Shown here one piece after another: positions 17,123 through 25,318 of a stretch of 50,263 nt of DNA. The notes under the pieces are model-generated. The model saw only the letters and a program-made list of their open reading frames with translations. It was not told the DNA's origin and ran no database searches. A program made the position numbers and the translations under genes. Numbering within the stretch: position 1 is the first letter of the stretch; each line of letters starts with the position of its first letter. Source of the stretch: a virus. Where the stretch lies: IMG/VR virus record IMGVR_UViG_3300029142_000003, positions 1 to 50,263 of that record. One strand, given 5' to 3'.

Positions 17123-17762
17123 AGAGTTTTTCGACTTTGATCAGGCGGAATCCTACCTCAACAATAGCCTGATCAGGTATAAGGGCGAACCTTTGTTCGT
17201 TAGAAGGGTCTTCGATGAGGACTTCAACCGCTTCTTTATCCGTGGGGATAGAAGTGTTGATGGGGAACCCGTAACTGTCCCAACCACTAGCAAGGACGTA
17301 GATTACACACCTATGGAGCTGGGTTTCTTTAACTACACTAAGATTGGTATCCCAGGTATAGTCATTGCGTGCTATCGACGTCCTATTAGGGGGTGGAAAG
17401 TTGGCCTATCTAGTTGCAATGTCTCTTGGTCTTATCATGCTGATGAGAATTGCAACTCACTTGGGCCAAACTTTGGTGGTGATGACTATAATATCATCCC
17501 AAGTAAGCCACTCAGGGACTCCATTATGGGGGAATTTCCTTCATTTCAACAATGTCTGGATGACCTTAGTAGCGAGTCCAAGTTCTCACCAACATCTAGG
17601 GCTTGGTGTAAAGAATTCTCTGTTAACAATATTGGTCAGTTGCACACTCCTATAATTAAGTGGGAACCAGTGGGAAGTGTTAGTATGGATAATGGCGACA
17701 TCCATTTGGACAAAAGATACGAGTTTCTGGATGAGCTTGTTAAAGAAAGGAAGACGGCATGA
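17112..17762 (+). CDS. hypothetical cassette protein (216 aa)
   Basis: Overlaps the upstream gene by 11 nt and the downstream gene by ATGA. No family recognised. Confidence 0.6.
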   Translation: MQSKEFFDFDQAESYLNNSLIRYKGEPLFVRRVFDEDFNRFFIRGDRSVDGEPVTVPTTSKDVDYTPMELGFFNYTKIGIPGIVIACYRRPIRGWKVGLSSCNVSWSYHADENCNSLGPNFGGDDYNIIPSKPLRDSIMGEFPSFQQCLDDLSSESKFSPTSRAWCKEFSVNNIGQLHTPIIKWEPVGSVSMDNGDIHLDKRYEFLDELVKERKTA

Positions 17763-18793
17763 ATGTATCAGGCTATTTCGGAACCGGCAAACTTGATAAG
17801 AATAAAGAGGTCGGGATTGAGATCGAAATGGAAGGGCGGAACCTCGTAAACTACGATATGAACTATTGGAAATGCGAGGGGGATGGTTCATTAAGAGGGG
17901 AGTCGATTGAGTGGGTACTGAAATCCCCTGTCAACAGGAACAGGGTTGTGTCCCGAATCAAATATCTGATTGAAACTATGAAAGCTCAGAAAGCCGTGCT
18001 GAGACCGTCAGATAGATGCGGTGTCCATATTCATGTCAACTGTCAAACACTGGACTTCGAACAATTGTTTCGGTTCATCAGTTTGTACGCTGTATTTGAA
18101 GACGTACTGACCAACTGGTGCGGTGATGATAGGGAGGGAAATTTATTCTGTCTCAGAATGAAGGACGCTTCCCATCTATTGTCTATGTTGGCAGCCTGTA
18201 AGAAAGAGGGAGACATATATGCGGTATGTAACGATCATTACAGGTATGGAGCCTTGAACCTAGCTGCTCTGGCTAAGTATGGGTCTTTGGAATTCAGGCA
18301 GATGAGAACGCCTGACAATCTCATGGAGATTGATGTTTGGGCTGATGCCTTAATGAGAATTTTCGACTATGCCAAAGACAATAGCAATGAGCACGATTAC
18401 ATCCAAGCTGTGTCAATGAGAGGTGGGCTTGCTTTCGCCAAAGATGTGCTTGGGGACATGGTTAAGGTGTTTGTCAATAATAAGAACGCACATCTCATCA
18501 TGGACGGTGCTCGTAGGGCTCAATTCCTTGTTAACATCCCTCTAGCAGACAGTTTGAAAGATAATAAAGAGGACAGAAAGAAGAAACGACCTCAGGTTAA
18601 TCGGTTTGGTGGTGGCAGAATTGTCTTGGACAACGGACACGGTCGCCAACATGTAGAACCTGTCGATAACTTAGCTATTAACTGGATTGCCAATGAAATA
18701 AGGGAGGAATATGGTGGGGATATAGAGTTCGGTGGCGACTTTAATGTTAACTTAGGAGATGCACCTTTACCTGTACCGAGGCCAGGACGATAA
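17759..18793 (+). CDS. amidoligase (Amidoligase_2 family, GS-like)
   Basis: Motifs GIEIEMEG, EGDGSLRGESIEW, CGVHIHVN and GSLEFRQMRTP. Confidence 0.7.
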   Translation: MNVSGYFGTGKLDKNKEVGIEIEMEGRNLVNYDMNYWKCEGDGSLRGESIEWVLKSPVNRNRVVSRIKYLIETMKAQKAVLRPSDRCGVHIHVNCQTLDFEQLFRFISLYAVFEDVLTNWCGDDREGNLFCLRMKDASHLLSMLAACKKEGDIYAVCNDHYRYGALNLAALAKYGSLEFRQMRTPDNLMEIDVWADALMRIFDYAKDNSNEHDYIQAVSMRGGLAFAKDVLGDMVKVFVNNKNAHLIMDGARRAQFLVNIPLADSLKDNKEDRKKKRPQVNRFGGGRIVLDNGHGRQHVEPVDNLAINWIANEIREEYGGDIEFGGDFNVNLGDAPLPVPRPGR

Positions 18794-18796
18794 TAT

Positions 18797-19552
18797 ATGC
18801 TGATATACCCATATAAACCAGGAAGTAAAGGAGGCAAGGCTCTAGCTAAAAGCATAGGGGCTAAGAGAATAAAACATAAAGGCTCAAGGTTTAGAGGAGG
18901 ACCAAACAAAACAGTAATTAATTGGGGGGCAACTGAGCTGCCTGAACAGGTTACGAAGTGTAAAGTTATAAACCCCCCTGAAGCCGTTTTAAGGGCCGCT
19001 GACAAGCTTCAGTTCTTTAAGGCTATGGAGGGGCAGGACCTCACTCCAGCCTTCTGTACGGGCCTCCAAGAGGCTTCTGAGTGGGTGTCAGATGGAAAGA
19101 TAGTAGTGTGTCGTACAATGTTGCGTGCCAACAGTGGTAGAGGCATAGTTATAGCGGAGAAAGAAGACGAACTAGTACATGCCCCGCTGTATGTTGAGTA
19201 TATCAAAAAGAAAGAGGAGTACAGGGTACATGTGTACAAAGGAGACTGCTTCGACATCCAGCGCAAAGCAAGACGAGCTGATACGCCTGACGAGCAGGTT
19301 AACTGGCGAGTACGGAACCATGATAATGGATTTATCTTTGCCAGAGAGGGCGTTAACGAATCCCCATATGCCGAGAGACTTCATGAACTTGCAAGAAACT
19401 CTTGTTGCGTACTTGGTCTTGATTTTGGAGCGGTCGATATCATCTGGAACGAGAGACGAGAGAGAGGATACGTTCTCGAAGTTAACACTGCACCCGGATT
19501 GGAAGGAACTACTCTCGAAAAATATTTAGGGATGATAGGAGGTATAGAATAA
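18797..19552 (+). CDS. ATP-grasp ligase (RimK-like)
   Basis: Glycine-rich loop ANSGRGI, hinge YVEYI, and Mg/ATP site DFGAVDIIWN....YVLEVNTAPG. Confidence 0.75.
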   Translation: MLIYPYKPGSKGGKALAKSIGAKRIKHKGSRFRGGPNKTVINWGATELPEQVTKCKVINPPEAVLRAADKLQFFKAMEGQDLTPAFCTGLQEASEWVSDGKIVVCRTMLRANSGRGIVIAEKEDELVHAPLYVEYIKKKEEYRVHVYKGDCFDIQRKARRADTPDEQVNWRVRNHDNGFIFAREGVNESPYAERLHELARNSCCVLGLDFGAVDIIWNERRERGYVLEVNTAPGLEGTTLEKYLGMIGGIE

Positions 19553-19671
19553 AAATCTTTAAAAATTTTCTGGGACAAAAAAAATTAATATTTATTTTGT
19601 CAGTTTTTACCTCTAAATTTGGTCTATATATATAGGAACTATTTATACAGTACCAATCACTCAGGATTTAT
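19553..19671. promoter_or_regulatory. AT-rich spacer upstream of primase-helicase; candidate promoter and/or replication origin
   Basis: No ORF. Carries GGACAAAAAAA (19573..) and GTCTATATATATAG (19622..19635), both also found in 7741..7930. Inverted GACAAAA/TTTTGTC. Confidence 0.55.
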
Positions 19672-21318
19672 ATGGGATATATAGAACACATAGGACATAA
19701 GAAATGTGGATCAACAGATGGGTTGGCTACATACAAGGATGATGAAGGAGGTTTCAATGGTTTCTGTTGGGCTTGTGGTGAGTATGAAAGCAACCCATAT
19801 GGAGACAATCCTCCTAAGAAAGTTAAGATCAAACGCTCACCTGAAGAGATACAGGAAGAGCTTGATCTAATTGAATCCTGTCCCACTGTATCTGTAAATA
19901 CTAGGGGGTTGGATAGGGAAACACTATCTCATTTCAATGTTAAGGTTGGTCTGTCTGAGGCCGATGGAGCAACACCAGCGTTTATGTATTTCCCTTACAC
20001 AAAAGACTCCAAGTTCTCTGGCTATAGAGTGAAGCTACTTGACCCCAAGAAAGTGTGGTCAGTAGGGGAACTGAAGGGCGTTGACGCCTTCGGCTGGAAC
20101 CAAGCTCTTGCTACTGGTGCTAAGAGCTTGTTCATCACTGAAGGAGAGCCGGATACTCTGGCCCTGTTTCAGGCGCTGAAGAAGAGGTCTATGGGTAGCA
20201 AGTGGGAGTCTTATGACCCCGCTGTAATCAGCTTACCTCACGGAGCTAGTAGCGCAGGTAAGTTCCTCTCTGATAATCTGGAGAAGATAACTAAGTCTTT
20301 TGAGAAGGTCATACTGGTGTATGACCAAGACGAAGCCGGTCAACAAGCGATCAAAGATAGCATGGCTGTGTTGCCTACAGCTATGACGGTCCAGCTTCCA
20401 GAAAAGGATGCGAACGCTTGTATCTTGGCTGGTAAGACCAAGGCACTGGCCGATGCTGCACTGTTCAAAGCTTCCACACCTAAGAACACCAGCATCGTAT
20501 GGGGTGATGAGTTATTTGAAGCCGCAAGAGAGACACCAAAGTTTGGACTGTCTTGGCCGTGGCCAGCCATGACAGAACTAACAAGGGGCTTGCGCTTCGG
20601 TGAAACATACTACTTCGGAGCCGGAGTGAAGATGGGTAAGTCAGAGCTGGTGAACAGCTTGGCTGCCCATCTTATCACTAAGCACGACATGAAGGTGTTC
20701 CTCGCTAAGCCTGAGGAAGTTAATAAGAAAACAATTAAGATGGTAGCGTCCAAGGTAGTCGGGAAAATATTTCATGATCCAAATGTTGAGTTTGATTACG
20801 AGGCTTATGACGAAGCCACGGAGAAACTTAGAGGTAAGCTTGCCCTCCTCAATCTATACCAACACATGGGGTGGGATAGTTTACGATCAGATATTCTCAA
20901 CGCCTCAGCGCAAGGCTGTAAGGCGATATTCATCGACCCTATCACCAACCTTACCAACGGGGTCGATGCCGCTCATGCCAACACCAAGCTTCAAGAGGTA
21001 GCCCAAGAGCTGTCCTCGATGGCACTAGACCATCAGCTTATGGTGTTCATCTTCTGCCATCTTAAAGCACCCGATGGCGTCCCGCATGAACGCGGCGGTA
21101 AGGTGCTCTCCTCCCAGTTTGCAGGTAGCCGTGCCATGATGAGGTCTTGTAACTACATGTTTGGCATGGAAGGAAACAAAGACCCAGAGCTTGAGCTTGA
21201 GCGAAAGAACTTACGCAAGCTCATTGTCCTGGAAGACAGAGAGTTCGGTTCTAGTGGCACCATCCCATTGTACTGGGACTACAAGACTGGACTGTTCAAT
21301 GAAATGGAGGTGAGATGA
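19672..21318 (+). CDS. bifunctional DNA primase-helicase (T7 gp4-like)
   Basis: N-terminal Zn motif HKKC...CWAC, TOPRIM (ITEGEPD, VYDQDEAG), Walker A GAGVKMGKSE and Walker B-like IFIDPITN. Confidence 0.9.
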   Translation: MGYIEHIGHKKCGSTDGLATYKDDEGGFNGFCWACGEYESNPYGDNPPKKVKIKRSPEEIQEELDLIESCPTVSVNTRGLDRETLSHFNVKVGLSEADGATPAFMYFPYTKDSKFSGYRVKLLDPKKVWSVGELKGVDAFGWNQALATGAKSLFITEGEPDTLALFQALKKRSMGSKWESYDPAVISLPHGASSAGKFLSDNLEKITKSFEKVILVYDQDEAGQQAIKDSMAVLPTAMTVQLPEKDANACILAGKTKALADAALFKASTPKNTSIVWGDELFEAARETPKFGLSWPWPAMTELTRGLRFGETYYFGAGVKMGKSELVNSLAAHLITKHDMKVFLAKPEEVNKKTIKMVASKVVGKIFHDPNVEFDYEAYDEATEKLRGKLALLNLYQHMGWDSLRSDILNASAQGCKAIFIDPITNLTNGVDAAHANTKLQEVAQELSSMALDHQLMVFIFCHLKAPDGVPHERGGKVLSSQFAGSRAMMRSCNYMFGMEGNKDPELELERKNLRKLIVLEDREFGSSGTIPLYWDYKTGLFNEMEVR

Positions 21319-21482
21319 TGATATCCCAGGATTGCGAACGACCTTGTCTATTGAGAGGTCAGAAGGATGCCGGATGTTATTGCAACGGCATAGTTAGAAC
21401 AGGTCCTCCTTGGAAAGCTGATCCTGAAGAACAGTGGGAAGAGTACAGAAAGGTTCATGGAGATGGCGTGCAACAGACATGA
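21315..21482 (+). CDS. small Cys-rich protein (55 aa), below the ORF-track cutoff
   Basis: GGAGGTGAG directly before the ATG. Overlaps the primase stop. Four Cys in the first 23 residues. Confidence 0.55.
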   Translation: MMISQDCERPCLLRGQKDAGCYCNGIVRTGPPWKADPEEQWEEYRKVHGDGVQQT

Positions 21483-21690
21483 CGAGATGGCAGAGATCAT
21501 AGAGACACAAGAAGCAGAGATGCACATCCTGTCTGAAGACCTAAAGGCTAGGCAGAAAGACATCCAATACCTCACTAAGAGGTGTGTCGCTATGAGGTCC
21601 CAGTTGCAGAAGCTTGTTCTGAAAGACTGGGAAGTTGACAACGATATGAAAGAACGAATAAAGGAGATACTCGATGGGGTCAAGGATTAA
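21457..21690 (+). CDS. hypothetical coiled-coil protein (77 aa; start uncertain, alternative 21487)
   Basis: ORF in a packed same-strand array. Confidence 0.5.
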   Translation: MEMACNRHDEMAEIIETQEAEMHILSEDLKARQKDIQYLTKRCVAMRSQLQKLVLKDWEVDNDMKERIKEILDGVKD

Positions 21691-21868
21691 AATCAATGCC
21701 GATGACTTCGTCTCCGAAATTGAATTCGATGATGACAACATCTGTATCTGGACAGATCACGATAAAACTATGTGGATGCAAGCACAGTTGATGAGACGTG
21801 AAGACGTTGAGTATCTGTGTCGTGTATCAGGATGGGGGTGCCATGATGTACAGAGTGGAGGGCCCTAA
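21674..21868 (+). CDS. hypothetical protein (64 aa)
   Basis: AAGGAG 7 nt upstream of the ATG. Confidence 0.55.
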   Translation: MGSRIKINADDFVSEIEFDDDNICIWTDHDKTMWMQAQLMRREDVEYLCRVSGWGCHDVQSGGP

Positions 21869-22010
21869 TTTTGTAGTGGGGGTTGTAGTCCATGAAGGAG
21901 TTATTACCGAGACTGCCCCCTTGTTCAAGAAATTTATTGGACAACCTTGGCGTAATTTAAAACGTTGGTCTAATAAACAGAATTTCAAAATAACAAAGAT
22001 GTTGTCATGA
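21843..22010 (+). CDS. hypothetical protein (55 aa; the track's GTG start at 21798 is less likely)
   Basis: ATG preceded by GGGGGTG. Its stop overlaps the next ATG. Confidence 0.45.
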   Translation: MMYRVEGPNFVVGVVVHEGVITETAPLFKKFIGQPWRNLKRWSNKQNFKITKMLS

Positions 22011-22234
22011 AAAAGATAATTCATATTAACAAACAGGTGATAGCACAAAACAGAAAGAATGGTACCAACAATCCACCTATCACTGTGAAAACATATAAGT
22101 CTAACGACTACTGCCACGAGGTAGAAATCCTAGGTCCAAGCAAAGTCTGCCATAGCCCACACAAACCTCTGAAGTGTGGGGCTAGGGTTTGGATAGAAAC
22201 AGAGGCGGAGGTGTTAATGAATGAAAGCCAGTGA
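22007..22234 (+). CDS. hypothetical protein (75 aa)
   Basis: ATGA coupling. Sequence looks conserved (INKQVI.QN...PPITVKT...CGARVWIET). Confidence 0.55.
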   Translation: MKKIIHINKQVIAQNRKNGTNNPPITVKTYKSNDYCHEVEILGPSKVCHSPHKPLKCGARVWIETEAEVLMNESQ

Positions 22235-22775
22235 GAACAGAGCACGTATTGAAAAACTACAGAAACAGGAAGACACATCTGAACCTGTTGTTCCTATCCC
22301 AGATTGGTTTCGAGATAAGCTTGATAAACACTATCGTTTAAAGCGTAAGGAACTAGGGGAGGGGGACGACGGTGTCTTGAATTACCAAGACAAAGAAGAC
22401 GTCCTTCATAATGCATACCTAAAAGCTTGTGAACACTGGCAGTCATGCGAAAACTTTGATCCTTGGATGAACAGGATCATGTGGACACAAAAGCAACAGA
22501 TGGTTATGGACAAGCTGAAGGATCGTGGTCATAACGTATCTATCTATGACCCAGAAGCCTTCAACCAGCTATGTGTTGAGCCGTTTACTGACACTACAGA
22601 CTTAGCTAAGGAAGTTCTAGAGGATATTATATCTGTTAAAAACCCTGTACATAGACAGGTGCTAGAGCTTGTCTTGGTTCATGGTATGACACACAAAGAG
22701 GCTGGCGATACAGTTGGTCTTGTTAAGGATGCAGTGTCTAAAGTTATCTTGAGATTTAAAGAGAAATATAAATGA
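22221..22775 (+). CDS. ECF-like sigma-70 family factor
   Basis: Region 2-like DVLHNAYLKACEHW..FDPWMNRIMWTQ and region 4 HTH-like HRQVLELVLVHGMTHKEAGDTVGLVKDAVSKVILRFKE. Confidence 0.6.
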   Translation: MKASENRARIEKLQKQEDTSEPVVPIPDWFRDKLDKHYRLKRKELGEGDDGVLNYQDKEDVLHNAYLKACEHWQSCENFDPWMNRIMWTQKQQMVMDKLKDRGHNVSIYDPEAFNQLCVEPFTDTTDLAKEVLEDIISVKNPVHRQVLELVLVHGMTHKEAGDTVGLVKDAVSKVILRFKEKYK

Positions 22776-24652
22776 GAGTAGGAACCTTTGATATTGAAAC
22801 CGATGGGTTGCTACCCGAGGTATCGAAGGTTCACTGCGCAGTGGTGAAAGATCATGCAGATGGAAGTGCCAGAGAGTTTACTCCTGAAAATGTTCATCAG
22901 CTTTGTGATTATCTTGATACCTTCGATGTTCTTATTGGGCACAACTCCATTTTCTTCGACTTCCCGGTTCTTCGCAAAGTGTTCGGCTGGGATTTCAAAG
23001 GGACGAAGGTTGATACCCTACTTATGTCTCGCTTACAGCGTCCTAAACGCATCAGCCCTAAGGGCAGTACAGCAGGACCCCATAGCGTGGAAAGTTGGGG
23101 CGTCAGACTTGGACACCCCAAGGTAGAGAACGAGATATGGGATGAATGGTCACCACATATGCAGAAGCGTTGTCGTGAGGACGTTGAAATCCAGTACGAC
23201 ATCTACCATGCTCTGATTGAAGAGGGACGTGGGGAAGGGTGGGCTGATGCTCACAAGCTTAATCACAAGGTACACCATTACCTCCAGCTACAGGAGGAAT
23301 ACGGGTGGACGGTAGACGAAAAGCTTCTGGACTACAGTTTATATATGCTGCAACGGTGGATGGATAAGATAAGTGCAGCACTACAGTCGTACCTTCCTAT
23401 TGTAGTTGAGATCAAAGAAGCTAAGAAGGACGGTGAGTATGGATACCTTAAGAAACCTTTTAAGAAAAATGGAGAACTCTCCGTGGCTGCTGCCAATTAT
23501 ATTAGCGATAGCAGCACTTGGGATATCCCTAACGGTTACGTTGGTGGCCCGTTTAGTCGTGTCAGCTTTAGGCGTATAGACCTAGACAAGAACAAGGAAG
23601 TCAAAGAGTTTCTGCTTGAGCTAGGCTGGGAGCCTATGCAATGGAACTACAATAACGGCAAAAGAACCAGTGCTAAGCTAGACAAGGACGATCCTTTTCA
23701 CGGTATCCAGGGTAGCCTGGGCAAGCTCATAACTAGGAGGGTTCAGTGCAAGCAAAGACTTGGGACAATGAGGGGATGGAAAGACGCAGTCGTGGATGGA
23801 CGTATTCATGCATCTGTTGCGGGCATTGCTTCCACCGCCAGACTGAGGCACAAGCTGATAGTGAATGTCCCGAGTGTGGAAAGGCAGTCCTTCTTCTCCT
23901 CGTGGATGAGAAAGGTGTTCGTTGCAAGTCCAGGTATGGTTATGGTTGGGGTAGACTCCGCCGGGAACCAGATGAGACAACTAGCAGCGAGGATGCAGGA
24001 TGAGACGTTTACCAATGCAGTTCTACACGGTAACTCGGCTGACGGGACCGACCTCCACTCAGTCAATCAAAGACTGTCCGGTGCTAAGACAAGGGTTGAT
24101 GCCAAGAGCTTCTTCTACGGATTTATATTTGGGGCGCAGGCCCCCAAGATTGGGAAGATAATAAATGGAACAAAGGAAGAAGGTCAACGTCTTATCGACA
24201 ACATGCTCAGCAACCTACCCGGATTACGGCGACTTATTGATGAGCTTACAGATGAATGGAGAGGTACGGCCCAAAGATATTATGATCCTTCGAGGGGCCA
24301 AATGGTTTACCGAAACGGATACATTACGGGTATCGACGGCAGACCAGTCCTCGTGGAATCTGAGCACGCTGTTCTCTGCTATGTTCTCCAGTCCGATGAA
24401 GCTATTCAGATGGCTATCGCCTACGTCATGGTACATAAATGGGCTGAGCAAAAAGGATGGGTTCTTCACAAAGACTGGGCCATGCTCTGCTGGTACCACG
24501 ATGAATTCCAAATGGAATGTAGGCCCGGGCTTGCCGATGAACTCCAGGCGCTGGCAGAGAAAGCGATTGCTTGGGCTGGGGAGTTCTTAAACATTGACTG
24601 TCCCCATGAAGGGACAGGTAACCAAGGGATGAGTTGGTATGAGTGCCACTAG
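22772..24652 (+). CDS. DNA polymerase, family A, with 3'-5' exonuclease domain
   Basis: Exo motifs FDIETDGL and GHNSIFFDFPVL. Pol motif A VDSAGNQMRQLA, motif B KSFFYGFIFGAQ, motif C WYHDEFQ. Confidence 0.9.
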   Translation: MRVGTFDIETDGLLPEVSKVHCAVVKDHADGSAREFTPENVHQLCDYLDTFDVLIGHNSIFFDFPVLRKVFGWDFKGTKVDTLLMSRLQRPKRISPKGSTAGPHSVESWGVRLGHPKVENEIWDEWSPHMQKRCREDVEIQYDIYHALIEEGRGEGWADAHKLNHKVHHYLQLQEEYGWTVDEKLLDYSLYMLQRWMDKISAALQSYLPIVVEIKEAKKDGEYGYLKKPFKKNGELSVAAANYISDSSTWDIPNGYVGGPFSRVSFRRIDLDKNKEVKEFLLELGWEPMQWNYNNGKRTSAKLDKDDPFHGIQGSLGKLITRRVQCKQRLGTMRGWKDAVVDGRIHASVAGIASTARLRHKLIVNVPSVERQSFFSSWMRKVFVASPGMVMVGVDSAGNQMRQLAARMQDETFTNAVLHGNSADGTDLHSVNQRLSGAKTRVDAKSFFYGFIFGAQAPKIGKIINGTKEEGQRLIDNMLSNLPGLRRLIDELTDEWRGTAQRYYDPSRGQMVYRNGYITGIDGRPVLVESEHAVLCYVLQSDEAIQMAIAYVMVHKWAEQKGWVLHKDWAMLCWYHDEFQMECRPGLADELQALAEKAIAWAGEFLNIDCPHEGTGNQGMSWYECH

Positions 24653-24815
24653 AAACTTAACACCTGACCAAGCATGGAGGGTAGCCATCAGCCAGATGAC
24701 TGAGGGTGAACTGCTTGATCAGATTATGGAACAACCTGATCTATTAACCGATAACTATTACGATGTTATTGGTAACGCAATCTATGATAGATATAGGAGT
24801 CTAAGAGGTGAGTGA
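24639..24815 (+). CDS. hypothetical small protein (58 aa), below the ORF-track cutoff
   Basis: ATG overlaps the polymerase 3' end. Open frame translated by hand. Confidence 0.4.
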   Translation: MSATRNLTPDQAWRVAISQMTEGELLDQIMEQPDLLTDNYYDVIGNAIYDRYRSLRGE

Positions 24816-24960
24816 ACATCCTATTGAACGTAGACAGAATGATAAGATTGATGCCCTAACAGATTTGATAGAAGAGATGGGGACATTTATTTTCGACCTA
24901 GGGGAGGAGTATGAGAGTCGCTATTTTCTAGAAGAACTTGACAAAATTATGAGAACGTAG
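24808..24960 (+). CDS. hypothetical small protein (50 aa, GTG start), below the ORF-track cutoff
   Basis: AGGAG 8 nt upstream of the GTG. Overlaps the previous stop. Confidence 0.35.
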   Translation: MSEHPIERRQNDKIDALTDLIEEMGTFIFDLGEEYESRYFLEELDKIMRT

Positions 24961-25031
24961 CCTAGCGAGATAGGCTGAGTGGAGGACAGGGGTTAGCTCC
25001 ACTGACATAAACTAAAAGCCCCATTCTTTTT

Positions 25032-25108
25032 GGCTCTCTAGCTCAATTGCGAAGAGCACTTGCCTGATTAGCGAGAGGTTCCAGGTTCGAGTCCTGGGGG
25101 AGCCACCA
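25032..25108 (+). tRNA. tRNA, anticodon GAU (Ile), with encoded CCA
   Basis: Hand-folded cloverleaf. 7-bp acceptor (one G-U), D stem GCTC/GAGC, anticodon stem CTTGC/GCGAG with loop CTGATTA, 5-nt variable loop, T arm CCAGG-TTCGAGT-CCTGG, discriminator A. Atypical T at position 37 and only one G in the D loop. Confidence 0.65.
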
Positions 25109-25123
25109 TTCACGAGGTATGTA

Positions 25124-25318
25124 ATGGCAAAAAGAGGAAGACCTAGAATATACCCAGAGCTAGACGAAGTAAATCGTAGAGCACTGAGTATTATGTACCT
25201 TGAGGGCTGGTCTATCCGAGAGATAGCCAGTGCCCTCAACAGTGAGTACAGTTTGATCAGACGAACTCTGCTTGAGATGGGTGTACCATTGAGAGGCAGA
25301 GGTAAGTACAACCAGTAA
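25124..25318 (+). CDS. small HTH DNA-binding protein (64 aa)
   Basis: Basic N-terminus AKRGRPR, then a sigma region 4 / Hin-like HTH: YLEGWSIREIASALNSEYSLIRRTL. Confidence 0.55.
   Translation: MAKRGRPRIYPELDEVNRRALSIMYLEGWSIREIASALNSEYSLIRRTLLEMGVPLRGRGKYNQ

Noticed and set aside
25032-25108. The tRNA as an attP site or sign of a temperate lifestyle
   Set aside because: No integrase, recombinase, excisionase or repressor-like module is present anywhere in the genome.
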